64,000 bases of DNA from Ignisphaera aggregans (GTDB lineage Archaea > Thermoproteota > Thermoprotei_A > Sulfolobales > Ignisphaeraceae). The translations under genes and the position numbers were made by a program. The stretch is from the NCBI GenBank assembly GCA_015662595.1, contig DQTV01000045.1, positions 2,870 to 66,869 on the forward strand. Direction: 5' to 3'. Positions within the stretch are counted from its first letter, which is position 1. Every line of letters begins with the position of its first letter. Below the pieces are notes generated by a model. That model was not told the origin of the DNA. It searched no databases and was given only the letters and a program-made list of their open reading frames with translations. Below are positions 1 through 10,809 of this stretch, piece by piece.

Positions 1-108
1 AACATACCTCAGTCCGAGTCTGTCAGCAAGCATTCGAGCTAAAGTCGTTTTGCCGCTGCCCGGAGGACCGCTAACGACTATCGTTAATCCCTTCTTAGCT
101 CTGGACAA
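1..108 (-). CDS. cmk: Cytidylate kinase, N-terminal part (gene runs off the window start)
   Basis: Own minus-strand translation gives (TTG)[35 protein letters not shown] with P-loop GPPGSGKT. The TTG at 108 overlaps the rpl34e stop. L34e-cmk adjacency is the usual archaeal order. Confidence 0.6.
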   Translation of the reverse strand, partial: MSRAKKGLTIVVSGPPGSGKTTLARMLADRLGLRYV

Positions 109-373
109 TGCTAGACCGCACCGCCTCCTTCAATATCTCTTTCAGACATCTAGCGCATAACACACCGCCAAACATACGTTCAGGTCTCTTCTTAGTCTTG
201 GGCAGTTTTCGACGCTCAGAATCCTTTATTGGTACTCCATTGAGTATCGCACCACAACGACCGCAGCGCATTACCGTATTCTTCCTCCTCTCGTAGTGTA
301 TAACCACTCTTCCACCAGGCGTTCTTCGAATTACTCGCTTCATCGACCTAGATCTGTACATAGGCCTGGGCAT
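95..373 (-). CDS. rpl34e: 50S ribosomal protein L34e (eL34)
   Basis: 92 aa basic protein, [22 protein letters not shown]..., with CGRCG...CARC cysteines. Sits at the distal end of the spc-secY cluster. Confidence 0.9.
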   Translation of the reverse strand: MPRPMYRSRSMKRVIRRTPGGRVVIHYERRKNTVMRCGRCGAILNGVPIKDSERRKLPKTKKRPERMFGGVLCARCLKEILKEAVRSSIVQS

Positions 374-411
374 AGCGCTTCCCGTAAGCTCTTTGATTAG
401 AGCTGAAACCT

Positions 412-921
412 TTAAGCTTTAGAACGTTCAACAGCCTTGCGAATTTCGTAACTATACCATGGCGAGAACAATAGAAAGATTAGAAACTGAAGCCATACTA
501 CATAGACAGTGCAAGTACTGTCTGACGGTACTTCAAGCGGTACGAACGCTATACACGAACCTACCAAGACTATTACTGGTGAAGCCACACCGATGTGTTT
601 AAAGAGTACGTAGCTAACGGCGAGAGACGAAGCTATGAGTGTTAATAGGAAGACTGTGAATGGGACAATGAATTGCAGTAGGGAGGTCTTAAATAATGAA
701 CTACGTAATCGCTTAACCTGATAACTTGCAATCGCACGTTTTTTACTGCTTATACCGGCTTTCCTAAGCATGCGCTCAACGTGATGTCCACGTTCAGCTA
801 ATCGATATCTCTTAACTATCTTCGCCGTGAGCTTGAGCGCTAAGATATTGAGTGCGAAGCCTATCGCTAAAGCTATTAACGCCGCTATCCTAAAGATCAT
901 ACTCCCGTCCTTACTCTCCAA
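412..921 (-). CDS. Membrane protein, possibly DUF106/EMC3-type (archaeal YidC-like)
   Basis: 169 aa with about 3 hydrophobic helices plus a basic coiled segment ([19 protein letters not shown]). It occupies the slot between secY and rpl34e where DUF106 proteins normally sit. Family assignment is from context only. Confidence 0.4.
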   Translation of the reverse strand: MESKDGSMIFRIAALIALAIGFALNILALKLTAKIVKRYRLAERGHHVERMLRKAGISSKKRAIASYQVKRLRSSLFKTSLLQFIVPFTVFLLTLIASSLAVSYVLFKHIGVASPVIVLVGSCIAFVPLEVPSDSTCTVYVVWLQFLIFLLFSPWYSYEIRKAVERSKA

Positions 922-2299
922 GCAACCTCTTCAACGCTGGATACATCTCGAGCGTCCTTTCATAGGCTAGTATCTGATAGTAGTTGTAGAGTATTCCGAC
1001 AGCTAATAGCAAACCCGTTCCAGTACCATAAGTGCCAAAGATATCGCCAATCAGCGCTATGACCGCTACGAGGATTGAGCTAAAGAATGTCAATGGGTAT
1101 ATGTATCTTGACAGGTATGTGGCTAATAGCTTTGGATTCCTTCTAATCCCTGGAATTTCGAGGCCTGCACGTATTAAGTTCTCTGCCTGTGCCTGTGGAT
1201 TCAATCCAGCAATCTCGATCCATATAAGGCCGAATGCTATGGCCAGTCCAATAAACATCGCTGAGTAGACTACGGATTCTAGCGGACGATATATAAAGCT
1301 ATACAGCGATGGTGGTGTGAGGAAGCTTCTTAAGGTTGTGACCTCTACACCGAACACACGCTCAGCTAGGCTTAAGAATACATTGATGTTTGATATCAGG
1401 ATGGCCGTCAAGAGAACCGGTATGTTCGTTACGTAGAGTAGCTGTAGTGGTATCCTCGATCTTATACCACGTAGTCTCGGACTGGTTATTGGCACGTTTA
1501 TTCTCGAAGAGGTTAGGTATACAAGGAGTACCATGATGATTATGGTCGCTATAAGGCCCATAAACGTTGGGTAGCCATATATGGCTCTATGAACGAACAC
1601 GTACCATACATCGAACGTTCCACTCATTACGCTACTGATTGTGTATGGCACTATGCCGAATATCTCTTTGTGTTCCGGCATCCGAATAGATGCCGATTCT
1701 AAAGGTGAGAACAGGTCTAGGAAGAACGACTGAGCGACGCCTAACAGTATGAATAAGCTGATTCCACTACCGATACCCCAACCCTTTTGAATTGCTTCGT
1801 CTAGCATAACTATGATGATCGCTCCCCATACAAGCTGTAGCAGCACTATTAACTTAATGAATAGCGGTATTTGTGCAGGGTTATACCAGTACACCCCGCT
1901 AATAACAAAGCCTGCCGCCTCAATAAAGCATAGAAGTATTGCTAATCCTTTCGATGCTAAGGTGAACTTCTTTCTGCTCTCAGGGTCTGTTAAATCGATG
2001 TTAACAAGCTTTGCACCTACCAGTATCTGAAGGATTAAGCCAGCCGTTACTATGGGGCCTATCCCAAGCTGTGCTAACGTTCCTTGCCTCATCGCGAGAA
2101 CTATGCTCACTATTGGTGATAGTGGCACTGCAAGCCCGGCTGTTTGAATCCCGTAGAGGGGGGTCGAGGCTAACGCTACATATACGAGAGCAGCTAACAA
2201 AGTGAATAGCAGGCGTTTACCGAGAGGTACGCGCTGTATAGGTCGTGGAGCTGATGGTATTATGAGCCCTATGCGTGCTAGTACATCTAACACACCCAA
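911..2299 (-). CDS. secY: Preprotein translocase subunit SecY
   Basis: 462 aa polytopic protein of about 10 TM helices directly downstream of rpl15. Shows a typical SecY N-terminus and C-terminal YE..L motif region. Confidence 0.95.
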   Translation of the reverse strand: MGVLDVLARIGLIIPSAPRPIQRVPLGKRLLFTLLAALVYVALASTPLYGIQTAGLAVPLSPIVSIVLAMRQGTLAQLGIGPIVTAGLILQILVGAKLVNIDLTDPESRKKFTLASKGLAILLCFIEAAGFVISGVYWYNPAQIPLFIKLIVLLQLVWGAIIIVMLDEAIQKGWGIGSGISLFILLGVAQSFFLDLFSPLESASIRMPEHKEIFGIVPYTISSVMSGTFDVWYVFVHRAIYGYPTFMGLIATIIIMVLLVYLTSSRINVPITSPRLRGIRSRIPLQLLYVTNIPVLLTAILISNINVFLSLAERVFGVEVTTLRSFLTPPSLYSFIYRPLESVVYSAMFIGLAIAFGLIWIEIAGLNPQAQAENLIRAGLEIPGIRRNPKLLATYLSRYIYPLTFFSSILVAVIALIGDIFGTYGTGTGLLLAVGILYNYYQILAYERTLEMYPALKRLLGE

Positions 2300-2457
2300 T
2301 GACGTTGCACCTATTGCAGAGGGTTACAAAATCGGATTATAAAGCGTTATTACTACGTAGATTACGAGGAGCGTGAATACCGAACAAGCCTAGCGAACAC
2401 CGTTGCTAAATACACTACGGATTATCGTAAGCTGAATAACAAAACTACATAACAAAA

Positions 2458-2907
2458 CTACTTACCAACTATAACAACTTCGCCGCCAGCCTTTTCAATC
2501 TTCTCCTTAGCACGCTCACTAACATCGTAAGCTATCAGCTTTATCGGATAGGTTACACGTCCTCCTCCGAGCACCTTTGCTATACCCATCTTCGTAACGT
2601 CGATAACGATTCTGTTACCATCGTAAACGGCTGTACCTGTTCGAACCAAATCTGCTGCTATCTCATTTAATCGACCAACATTAATAGTTGTGACTACAGG
2701 TGTATGTTCGGGACCACGCGGAGTAAATCCTCTCTTACCAAACCAGTCAGGGAAGTACTTCACTACCCATGACCAGTAGTGTTTATGCATACCAGCAGCT
2801 CCAACACCACCCCGAGAACCTGCTTTCCTGTGCTGACCTACGTTACCCCAACCCCTATTCCTATACCCATGCATTTTCCTACTCTTCTTCTCTCTCCTCA
2901 CAACCAT
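2458..2907 (-). CDS. rpl15: 50S ribosomal protein L15 (uL15)
   Basis: RKSRKMHGYRNRGWGNVGQHRKAGSRGGVGAAGMHKH motif. Position L30-L15-SecY. Confidence 0.93.
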   Translation of the reverse strand: MVVRREKKSRKMHGYRNRGWGNVGQHRKAGSRGGVGAAGMHKHYWSWVVKYFPDWFGKRGFTPRGPEHTPVVTTINVGRLNEIAADLVRTGTAVYDGNRIVIDVTKMGIAKVLGGGRVTYPIKLIAYDVSERAKEKIEKAGGEVVIVGK

Positions 2908-2909
2908 GG

Positions 2910-3401
2910 TTAAATCATCCTCCTAATCAGCTCATTTATTGCTGGCCCCCTATAACCTAGCTCACCACCAGCTCCATAGGGTTTCTTCGTACTTCCTTTA
3001 AATCCTCCTCTTGGTGGATGGAGTCTGAATACCGGTTTTATCCCGTAGCTCTCAAGTTTGTGAAATAGCAGCTTGCCCTCCAGCAGCATATCGGCTAATT
3101 CTTCAATAGATGAAAGTTTCAGCTTTCGCTTCACATACTCATCCGTAAGAGGCTTGTTCCCCACTACTCGTCCACGATTACGTAGAAGCTCTATAAGGGT
3201 TTCTCTATCTATCTCGCCCCAAGTGACCCAATCCTTTACCTTGAACAGCATACCCCTAATCGAGGGGGTATCGGGGTACAGTACGCAGTGGAACTTTCTT
3301 ACAAGGCGTAAGAGTCTTAACGTATACTCAATGTCGTAGGGGGTGTCTGGGATTCCGCGTATTCTTATAATTGCATAGAGCGCCACTATATGGTCACCCA
3401 C
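2910..3401 (-). CDS. rpl30: 50S ribosomal protein L30 (uL30)
   Basis: LYAIIRIRGIPDTPYDIEYTLRLLRL N-terminus. Position S5-L30-L15. Confidence 0.9.
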   Translation of the reverse strand: MGDHIVALYAIIRIRGIPDTPYDIEYTLRLLRLVRKFHCVLYPDTPSIRGMLFKVKDWVTWGEIDRETLIELLRNRGRVVGNKPLTDEYVKRKLKLSSIEELADMLLEGKLLFHKLESYGIKPVFRLHPPRGGFKGSTKKPYGAGGELGYRGPAINELIRRMI

Positions 3402-3409
3402 CGCCTTGC

Positions 3410-4054
3410 CTAGCTATGCTTTGACCAATCGTATGGGGTGACAAACCTATTGGTATTTCTTAAGGCTTCGAATACCGCTTTAGCGAAGTTGATAGTGGTT
3501 CTAGTTTCGCCTCGAGTCCAAGTCCATACATCCCTTATTCCAGCGAGTCTAAGCACTGACTTAGCCACGTTGCCTGCTACAAGACCTGTACCAAGAGGAG
3601 CCGGTATCAATTCGACCTCAACGCTCCCCGCCTTTCCCCTTACCCTAAACGGCACAGAATGTGGTTCTCCACATCTACATTCCCAGCTACCACATCCACG
3701 CCTTACGGGAATGATGTTCAGCTTTGCATCGACAATAGCCTTCTCTATGGCTACACGAAGCTGACGAGCCTTTCCTAGACCAACTCCAACAAATCCATTC
3801 TCATTACCTACAACAACCAGTACACGGAAGCGGGAAATTCGCCCGGCATCAGTCATCTTCTGAACAAGTGTGATATCGAGAACCTCATGTCGTAGATCGG
3901 GTAAGAGGACATCAACTATCTCAGGTTCTTTTATAACCCAATTATTTGCAAATATCTGCTCTATAGACGTTATCTTACCCTGCTTCACTAACCATCCAAG
4001 TCTCGTTCTAGGAGTCCATTCCTCGATTGATCGTGATGAGCTCACGCGCCTCAC
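3410..4054 (-). CDS. rps5: 30S ribosomal protein S5 (uS5)
   Basis: 214 aa with the dsRBD-type segment [22 protein letters not shown]. Conserved operon position. Confidence 0.93.
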   Translation of the reverse strand: MRRVSSSRSIEEWTPRTRLGWLVKQGKITSIEQIFANNWVIKEPEIVDVLLPDLRHEVLDITLVQKMTDAGRISRFRVLVVVGNENGFVGVGLGKARQLRVAIEKAIVDAKLNIIPVRRGCGSWECRCGEPHSVPFRVRGKAGSVEVELIPAPLGTGLVAGNVAKSVLRLAGIRDVWTWTRGETRTTINFAKAVFEALRNTNRFVTPYDWSKHS

Positions 4055-4062
4055 CCCCTACC

Positions 4063-4704
4063 TTACGTTGACTGGTGTAATAGTTCCGAGCCTATATTAG
4101 ATGTTGGAATAGCTGAGTATACCTGGAGGATAAGGTTTTTAACCTGTTCGAAGTGTTTCGGCAAGTCCCTTGGATCGAAACCCTTACTAAGCAGCCCTGA
4201 GAACTGTCTCTGGAACTTAGCTGGATCTGTATTAGCAAGCATCTCAGCATATTTGGCTATTGTTTCACCACGTATCCTTTCCTCTGATGGGATGACCTCT
4301 TCTGAACAGGGGATCTTCATACCTGCATCGATAGCCCCCTTGATAGCTGCAAAGACCTTGGCTCCTTTTGTGGGCCTATGCAAACCTATATCTGGAATCG
4401 CCTCTACTATCCCAAGCTTTACAGCACGTAGCCCAGCAAGTAATCCCGTTAGGTATGCCGCTGGCGTATTCTTCGTCCCTCCCTTCCACCCGAAGTACTT
4501 AACAAGCTCACGACTGTGCGCAGCCACGAGAGTGTAGTCGCCTATTGGCGTTGCATAGACTACCTGGACTATAATGTACTTGTTAGTTTTTCTAACAACA
4601 AACCGCGGCTTTGCACTTCGAAGCATTTTGTACCTCTTGTAGTAGTTGGTTTTACCTTCTCTTCTCCTCCTCTTCGGAACTTTGTACCGAGGACCGTGAG
4701 CCAT
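4063..4704 (-). CDS. rpl18: 50S ribosomal protein L18 (uL18)
   Basis: [29 protein letters not shown]-terminus. Conserved operon position. Confidence 0.93.
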   Translation of the reverse strand: MAHGPRYKVPKRRRREGKTNYYKRYKMLRSAKPRFVVRKTNKYIIVQVVYATPIGDYTLVAAHSRELVKYFGWKGGTKNTPAAYLTGLLAGLRAVKLGIVEAIPDIGLHRPTKGAKVFAAIKGAIDAGMKIPCSEEVIPSEERIRGETIAKYAEMLANTDPAKFQRQFSGLLSKGFDPRDLPKHFEQVKNLILQVYSAIPTSNIGSELLHQST

Positions 4705-4716
4705 GACTAGACACCA

Positions 4717-5175
4717 TTACTTATAGTCCTGTGGTAGTAGTCCACGATCCTTCATATACCTCTTTAGGGAAGCCAAGCTATCGAATGCGCCGCCCTTAGC
4801 CATCATGTAAAGCTTCCTATACGTCCTCCTATCAATTATACCGTGGTCTCTGAGCCATCGTAAGAACCTGCGTATCTTCCTTATGGTATTGACCCACTTC
4901 TCCTTCCTGTCCTCTCTAGCATTCTTTGATCCTTTCCTTCTTCCCGGACCTCTTCGTCTCCCCTTCTTACGCTGCTCATGGCGGATTCTCCACCGTCCTC
5001 TACTATTGCTATGAGGAGGCTCAACGCTTATCACACCGTCCTTAATAAGCCTCTTTATATCCTCACGAGTAACGGCGCTAGCAACACGGTCTAACTGCTC
5101 TGGATCAAATCGTATCCTTGTTTCTCCAACACCTAGTATTTCAGCAGCTAGCCTACGCTGGTACCTTAAGTCCAT
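4717..5175 (-). CDS. rpl19e: 50S ribosomal protein L19e (eL19)
   Basis: MDLRYQRRLAAEILGVGETRIRFDP followed by an Arg/Lys-rich middle section. Conserved operon position. Confidence 0.93.
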   Translation of the reverse strand: MDLRYQRRLAAEILGVGETRIRFDPEQLDRVASAVTREDIKRLIKDGVISVEPPHSNSRGRWRIRHEQRKKGRRRGPGRRKGSKNAREDRKEKWVNTIRKIRRFLRWLRDHGIIDRRTYRKLYMMAKGGAFDSLASLKRYMKDRGLLPQDYK

Positions 5176-5194
5176 GGCCTACTACCTCAAAGAG

Positions 5195-5638
5195 TCATGC
5201 ATTCGCAACCTTAAAGCCTTTCTCCTTAGCTAACCTAATTAACTCAATCCTCTTCTTGAGCCCTACTCTAGACGATATGTAAACTATGTGTTTCGATGGA
5301 TCTAGTTTTTCCAATTCTGCAGCGCTAGTTATGGTTACGGGTATTAAGCCTGATGGATGTAGAAATCGAAGTTCGGTGGGTAGAGCGTAGCTTGCAGAAG
5401 CCATCGGTGGATATCCCTTGAGTTTGAGCCTCATCTTATTATCTTTTCCACGCGGTCTCTTCCACTTCAAATTGTTCTGAAACTTAATGAACTTCCACCA
5501 TAACCATCGTAGAAACTCAGGCTTCTTACGCTTAAGTTTGAGCTTCCTAAGACCGATCTTACGCAAGTTCTCCTTGTACTCTAAAATCTCCTCCCTTTTC
5601 TCAATAAACTGAGATATCTCATTCTTCTCAACGCTCAT
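5195..5638 (-). CDS. rpl32e: 50S ribosomal protein L32e (eL32)
   Basis: KWKRPRGKDNKMRLKLKGYPPMASASY...LHPSG motif. Lies between L6 and L19e. Confidence 0.9.
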   Translation of the reverse strand: MSVEKNEISQFIEKREEILEYKENLRKIGLRKLKLKRKKPEFLRWLWWKFIKFQNNLKWKRPRGKDNKMRLKLKGYPPMASASYALPTELRFLHPSGLIPVTITSAAELEKLDPSKHIVYISSRVGLKKRIELIRLAKEKGFKVANA

Positions 5639-6204
5639 TCTGCTGTCCCTCGCTCATATATGTATATCCCGTCAACAAAGACTCGCCTATCCTTATCTTT
5701 AACCTTCGTCGCTTGTTCAATGTTAGCAGCTGTTTGTGCCACGGCTTCAAGATCTATGCCCTCTATGATAATGTCCCTTCCTTTGACAGTGATCTTAACG
5801 TCTCCAACAATCTTCGCCCTCCTAGGCGCCTTCTCTCCCAAGAAGTTCTCAATCAGAACTTCACGACCTACGACTCTAACCGTTGCCGGGAAGTGCGTCG
5901 TGATTATCTTGAGCTTGTACCTCCAACCCTTAGTAACGCCTATGATCATGTTCTCGATATGAGCTGCTATCGTTCCCACTAATGCCTTTTTACGCCTATC
6001 TGCAAAGTATGCTTCGACAATGACCTTACTATCCTCTTTTCTAATCAGAACACCCTTAGCATGTGAAAAATCGCGTTCAAGTTGCCCCTTAGGGCCTCTA
6101 ACTCTAACTTTCAATCCCTCGATCTCCACACTTACGCCCGAGGGTATATCGACCTCCTGAACTATGTGTACAGCCTTAGTCATAAACACCGCCTCAGTAT
6201 ACAT
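5635..6204 (-). CDS. rpl6: 50S ribosomal protein L6 (uL6)
   Basis: Two-domain L6 pattern ([24 protein letters not shown]). The true start is possibly the internal ATG at 6183. Confidence 0.93.
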   Translation of the reverse strand: MYTEAVFMTKAVHIVQEVDIPSGVSVEIEGLKVRVRGPKGQLERDFSHAKGVLIRKEDSKVIVEAYFADRRKKALVGTIAAHIENMIIGVTKGWRYKLKIITTHFPATVRVVGREVLIENFLGEKAPRRAKIVGDVKITVKGRDIIIEGIDLEAVAQTAANIEQATKVKDKDRRVFVDGIYIYERGTAE

Positions 6205-6595
6205 ACGCTAGCAAGACACCGCCAATTCGTCTCTCAATCGCCTCCCTATGAGACATCACACCCTGGGATGTGGATATGATTAGTATGCCTATGTCCCTTG
6301 AGGGTAGGAATCTTCTTAGCCAGTGAGGCATCGTTACGAGCTCTCTGTAAGTAACGGGCCAGCGAGGTTTAATGGCTCCAGCCTTATTTATCCTACCTAA
6401 TAATTGAACGACTATCTTACCCCAACGACCATCGTCAACATACTCAAACTCTCCTATGTAGCCATATCGCTGCATCACCCTCAAGACCCTGATTATAAGT
6501 TTTGAAGCTGGCCATATCACAACCTCGCTTTTCCGCCTCATCTCGGCATTTGTTATCGCTGCAAGCGCATTAGCTAAAGTGTCCATCATCACCAT
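6194..6595 (-). CDS. rps8: 30S ribosomal protein S8 (uS8)
   Basis: [20 protein letters not shown]-terminus and C-terminal GGVLLAYVY. Confidence 0.93.
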   Translation of the reverse strand: MVMMDTLANALAAITNAEMRRKSEVVIWPASKLIIRVLRVMQRYGYIGEFEYVDDGRWGKIVVQLLGRINKAGAIKPRWPVTYRELVTMPHWLRRFLPSRDIGILIISTSQGVMSHREAIERRIGGVLLAYVY

Positions 6596-6611
6596 GGCTT
6601 AGTCACCATAC

Positions 6612-6776
6612 CTAGTTGTACTTCCTAAATCCGAGAGCAAAAGCGACCTCGCGGAAGCATTGCCTACACAGGTATAGGCCATACTTTTGTATTACAGCAT
6701 CTCTAGAGCCACACCTTCTACAAACTTGTACTCCTCTACCATACTTACGCTCTGCAGGAGGTCTATACTTACCCAT
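6612..6776 (-). CDS. rps14: 30S ribosomal protein S14 (uS14, zinc type)
   Basis: Absent from the ORF track (54 aa). Own translation: [54 protein letters not shown]. It has CxxC...CxxC and lies exactly between rpl5 and rps8. Confidence 0.85.
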   Translation of the reverse strand: MGKYRPPAERKYGRGVQVCRRCGSRDAVIQKYGLYLCRQCFREVAFALGFRKYN

Positions 6777-6808
6777 GGTATCACCCAGCTCCGTACACTA
6801 CCGTGTAA

Positions 6809-7447
6809 TTATTTAGGTACTATACGTACACCGAATAAGAGCTCTAACATGAGCATGGATTCTTCAGGGGTTACTCGGTGCCTTTTCGGTATTGAAAGCC
6901 TTTTACAGCGTCTTCGACGCATAACACGGAAACCAGGTCTTTCAAGCGTCAAAGCTACGTCCATACCGAAGATCCCCAGCTCAGGGTCATACTTAACGCC
7001 TGGCAATAGTATATGCTCTCTTATACCGAAAGCTACATTGCCATAGGGATCGAAGCTGCTCTGCTTAAGAGTGTAATTTATGGCGTAGAATGCCTTCTTT
7101 AAGAACTCAACAGCTTTAGCACCTCGCAGAGTGACTACAGCTGCGATAGGTTGTCCTCGGCTAATCCCAAACTCCTTGATTGTCTGTTTAGCACGGCGTA
7201 TCGATGGTTCTTGACCTGTTAGCATGCGAAGAACTTTAACGGCTTTTTCAAGTCTTTCACTACTACCACCAACACTGATATTTACTGTAACCTTAGCAAT
7301 GCGGGGTACGAGCATTGGATTATTTCGCCATTTTTCAAGAATCTGCTTAACCACTTCCTGCGGTAAAATACTGCTAGTGAAGTGTTCAGGGATCTCGCCA
7401 AGTGTTATCATACCATTCCTGATAACAGCCAGGCTACTCATGATCAA
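6809..7447 (-). CDS. rpl5: 50S ribosomal protein L5 (uL5)
   Basis: NPMLVPRIAKVTVNISVG motif. Position S4e-L5-S14. Confidence 0.93.
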   Translation of the reverse strand: MIMSSLAVIRNGMITLGEIPEHFTSSILPQEVVKQILEKWRNNPMLVPRIAKVTVNISVGGSSERLEKAVKVLRMLTGQEPSIRRAKQTIKEFGISRGQPIAAVVTLRGAKAVEFLKKAFYAINYTLKQSSFDPYGNVAFGIREHILLPGVKYDPELGIFGMDVALTLERPGFRVMRRRRCKRLSIPKRHRVTPEESMLMLELLFGVRIVPK

Positions 7448-8193
7448 TCCCTCAACTTTATCACTGGCTTATCTTTACCCACAACAAATACATAGCTGAG
7501 AATAGTTTGGAAACGGTGACCTTCATCATCCTCTAAAGTTACGAGAGTTCTTTCCCTACCCATACCTTTCTGAACCTCAACGATTCTACCAAATCTACCA
7601 ACGTTTCGACCACCTATGACCACAGCATAGCTACCAATTTCAAACGGTATATGCATAACAATCTCCTGTGATGGTACCTTGATCAGTAGGCTATCCATAG
7701 TCTTGAAGACATCTTCTTCAGGTTTGGTAGGATTGCTTACCCTAATCAGTATATTACGGCCATCATGTAGGTTGAGCTGTATATGACCACCCTTTACAGT
7801 GGTCTTGTTCTCTATTCTAACAAGTTTGAGATTCGCTTCGTCTTTGGGTATCCTGATAGGCCATAGATATTTCGTCGGGTATGGTACCATGCGATAATGC
7901 TCATCGATATCGGGAAACGATATCACATCCATCAAGCCTACTGGAAACTTATAGTTTTTCCTTGGAGTACCGTCGATCCATACCTTACCCTCAACTATTA
8001 TCCTACGAGCTTCACGTGCCGTCTCCGCATAACCAAACACATCCCTAATGAGTACTAACAACGGTAGAGAGCGCTCAATAGGATGAGGACCTGGACAAGG
8101 CTTTACTACCCATTTGTATTCTTTCCTAAGTATAGGCCAAAATGCTGGAGCAGCCAGCCTCTTTAAGTGACGAGACCCGCCCATCTTGGCCAT
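7444..8193 (-). CDS. rps4e: 30S ribosomal protein S4e (eS4)
   Basis: MAKMGGSRHLKRLAAPAFWPI N-terminus, 249 aa. Conserved operon position. Confidence 0.93.
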   Translation of the reverse strand: MAKMGGSRHLKRLAAPAFWPILRKEYKWVVKPCPGPHPIERSLPLLVLIRDVFGYAETAREARRIIVEGKVWIDGTPRKNYKFPVGLMDVISFPDIDEHYRMVPYPTKYLWPIRIPKDEANLKLVRIENKTTVKGGHIQLNLHDGRNILIRVSNPTKPEEDVFKTMDSLLIKVPSQEIVMHIPFEIGSYAVVIGGRNVGRFGRIVEVQKGMGRERTLVTLEDDEGHRFQTILSYVFVVGKDKPVIKLRD

Positions 8194-8211
8194 AGCTCAC
8201 ACCGCACTACT

Positions 8212-8682
8212 TTATTGTGTCGTCGATTGAGCTGCGGATTTTAAGGCTTCATCAAGAAGCTTCTGCTGCTCTTCATTAAGAGGTTTAGCCAGACCCTTCT
8301 TGACGAGCTCTTTTCGTGCTGCAAGCCTACGCTCAATTATTTTTCTGCGAACCTCATCAATCTCACCAAGCTTCACAATCATTACCTTGGATGGGTGGAT
8401 CGGGTAGTACCTCTCAGTTCCATCAGCTTTCTTAACCGTTACACCCTCAACATATATTGCCACGCGCTTAAGATCGACCTTAACGACTTTACCCTCGTGA
8501 CCTTTCCAATCACCCCTCATTATCCGTACAACATCACCTTTGCGTACAGGTAGACGCTTTATCCCAAGCTCCTTCCTCAACTCAGGCGAAAGAGGTGCGT
8601 TAAGTAGGTGCCAGCGTAGATGTAGAGGTAGGTTAAAGAACACCTTGCGCTGTTTTCTTGGCTGTCGAGATTTCAGCTCCAT
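8212..8682 (-). CDS. rpl24: 50S ribosomal protein L24 (uL24)
   Basis: KOW motif [24 protein letters not shown] with a long Lys/Glu-rich C-terminal tail. Confidence 0.9.
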   Translation of the reverse strand: MELKSRQPRKQRKVFFNLPLHLRWHLLNAPLSPELRKELGIKRLPVRKGDVVRIMRGDWKGHEGKVVKVDLKRVAIYVEGVTVKKADGTERYYPIHPSKVMIVKLGEIDEVRRKIIERRLAARKELVKKGLAKPLNEEQQKLLDEALKSAAQSTTQ

Positions 8683-8691
8683 AACTCACAC

Positions 8692-9117
8692 CTAGACTAT
8701 GATTGTGGCTAGATTAGCTATCTGTGACCACCGTTCAGCGGCCTCTCTTGCAACTGGGCCTCTTATCTCTTTACCTTTTGGCATACCCTCGGGAGTAACG
8801 ATGACACAGGCATTGTCTTCGAACGCAACCCATGTACCATCCGGTCTTCTGAAGGGCTTCTTCTGCCTTACTATAATAGCTCTAACTACCTGGCCCTTCA
8901 TATCGGGGGTTCCTTTCTTCACAGTCACTACAACCATATCGCCAACAGTTGCATAGGGTAGTCTCCTAAGGCGTGTTTTTACCTCTGGTACGCCTATCAC
9001 GACTACCTCCTTAGCACCGCTGTTATCAGCTACAACCAGTCTCGTACCCACCTGAATTCCTGCCACTCGTCTACGACGTGAAAATGCTGCGCCGATCTTT
9101 GCTCTCTTAACACCCAT
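8692..9117 (-). CDS. rpl14: 50S ribosomal protein L14 (uL14)
   Basis: [23 protein letters not shown] motif. Confidence 0.95.
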   Translation of the reverse strand: MGVKRAKIGAAFSRRRRVAGIQVGTRLVVADNSGAKEVVVIGVPEVKTRLRRLPYATVGDMVVVTVKKGTPDMKGQVVRAIIVRQKKPFRRPDGTWVAFEDNACVIVTPEGMPKGKEIRGPVAREAAERWSQIANLATIIV

Positions 9118-9139
9118 AATCTCTCAGCCTCTGACCAAC

Positions 9140-9538
9140 TTACTTCTTCTCTTCTCCTCGCTTTAATACCCCTAAAACAACGAAAGCAACGCTCTTAGCT
9201 AACGGTCTAGTCTCGCCAATGAGCACTATGTCGCCCTCCTTAGCATTTATACACGGTGGATTGTGTGCATGTATCCTACTGCGCCTGCGCTCATACCTCA
9301 TGTACTTTCGTACCCATACCAGATATTCACGCTCAACAACAACAGTACGCTGCATCTTTGCCTTCACAACCTTGCCTACAAGAAGTAGTCCACGTACTCT
9401 AACCTTGCCATGCCAGGGACACTTTTTATCGTCACACACAGTCTTTGGAGGTTCTAATCCCGGATAGCGTATCCCTATATCCCTAACCCTTACGTTCTTG
9501 TCGCTAGTTGTACTCATTCTCATCACCGTATTCCACAT
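9140..9538 (-). CDS. rps17: 30S ribosomal protein S17 (uS17)
   Basis: CDDKKCPWHGKVRVRGLLLVGKVVKAKMQRTVVV motif. The start is more likely the ATG at 9517 (MSTTSDKN). Confidence 0.9.
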   Translation of the reverse strand: MWNTVMRMSTTSDKNVRVRDIGIRYPGLEPPKTVCDDKKCPWHGKVRVRGLLLVGKVVKAKMQRTVVVEREYLVWVRKYMRYERRRSRIHAHNPPCINAKEGDIVLIGETRPLAKSVAFVVLGVLKRGEEKK

Positions 9539-9823
9539 TCAAGAGCGTCTAAACTTTACCCTTTTAACTCGATCTTCTGGACGACCCACTATTAAGCTTC
9601 CATCAACATCGACTTCCAGACCGCTTGGTAGTCGAAACCTAAAGACTCCGTAAAGTTTGGGTATACGCTTATCCCCTTCTCTGGTTCGTATCTTCAATGT
9701 ATACCTAGTTTCATCGATGACAATACCCCGAAGCCCGACAAGCGTAGGATCGCTATGCAGTATCACCGTGACTTCTAAGCCTATCAGTTCGTGATACACT
9801 ATATTCTCCGCACTATGCTTCAT
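9539..9823 (-). CDS. rnp1: RNase P protein component 1 (Rpp29/Pop4 homolog)
   Basis: 94 aa Sm-like protein (ELIGLEVTVILHSDPTLVGLRGIVIDETRYTLKI) in the conserved slot between rpl29 and rps17. Confidence 0.8.
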   Translation of the reverse strand: MKHSAENIVYHELIGLEVTVILHSDPTLVGLRGIVIDETRYTLKIRTREGDKRIPKLYGVFRFRLPSGLEVDVDGSLIVGRPEDRVKRVKFRRS

Positions 9824-9878
9824 ACCATACCACGATATGGGGCATAGCCTTTATGAACGGTGCTGACCAATTCGAAGA

Positions 9879-10115
9879 TTACTTTCTACCTCTTTCCTTC
9901 TCTTTCTTCTTCTCCTCGTTGATTATGGTAAGTATACGAGCGATATTCTTGCGGATTATGCGTATCTTAGCAACATTGGTTAGGGTACCTACCCTTGCTT
10001 GTTCTCTCAACCTAGCAAGCTCCATACGCAATTCGGAGAGGAGCTTCAACCTTTCCTCGGGGCTCATAGCTCTAATCTCATCCGGTTTTAGTGGTCTATC
10101 ACTCATACGTACCAC
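9879..10115 (-). CDS. rpl29: 50S ribosomal protein L29 (uL29)
   Basis: LKPDEIRAMSPEERLKLLSELRMELARLR helical motif. Lies between rps3 and rnp1. Confidence 0.85.
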   Translation of the reverse strand: MVRMSDRPLKPDEIRAMSPEERLKLLSELRMELARLREQARVGTLTNVAKIRIIRKNIARILTIINEEKKKEKERGRK

Positions 10116-10137
10116 CTACTACAGAGCATGTTATTCA

Positions 10138-10803
10138 TTAACTGGAAGAGGTTTTCTGCGACTGTTCTTGTCCTACCATGAGTTCTGGGAACTTCTCCTT
10201 CACCTTTTCTGGTGGGAGTATCTCAACGTAATCAGCAGTGATTCCAGGCTTGGTGATGAGAACCTCTATGCCATAAACACCGGGCTTGAGTAATACGTGT
10301 GCTACGGCTCTATCCACAAGCTGCAGACTTTGCTCACCAGATTTGTACACCTTACCTGCACGTAGCTTCTCATATCTCGCTCTCTCGGTTGTAAGCTTAC
10401 CGCTTATCACGATCTCACATCCAACAGCACCAGCATTCATGACTCTTCTAAGAGCTATGTAGCCAGCACGACGGAAGTGTATACCTCGTTCCAATGCTAA
10501 CGCTATGTTAAAGGCCACAACACGAGCGTTAAGGTCTGGGTTCTCAACTTCAACTACTGTGATTTGCGGGTTCTCTATATTGAAAAGCTTTTCAAATACT
10601 GCTTGTAGTTTTCTAAGGTTTTGACCTCTGCGTCCTATGATCATGCCAGGCCTTGCTGCATATATTATTATTCGGGTAGCTAGAGGCGTGCGGAGGATGT
10701 CTACACCTGCGTAACCAGCACGCCAGAACTTACTCGCTAGATACTCGTCTATAGCAACTCTCTGAATGCCGTGCTCGATAAAGTACCTCTTTATGTTGAC
10801 CAT
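10138..10803 (-). CDS. rps3: 30S ribosomal protein S3 (uS3)
   Basis: 221 aa with KH-domain segment (IIIYAARPGMIIGRRGQNLRKLQ). Conserved operon position. Confidence 0.93.
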   Translation of the reverse strand: MVNIKRYFIEHGIQRVAIDEYLASKFWRAGYAGVDILRTPLATRIIIYAARPGMIIGRRGQNLRKLQAVFEKLFNIENPQITVVEVENPDLNARVVAFNIALALERGIHFRRAGYIALRRVMNAGAVGCEIVISGKLTTERARYEKLRAGKVYKSGEQSLQLVDRAVAHVLLKPGVYGIEVLITKPGITADYVEILPPEKVKEKFPELMVGQEQSQKTSSS

Positions 10804-10809
10804 AAGATC

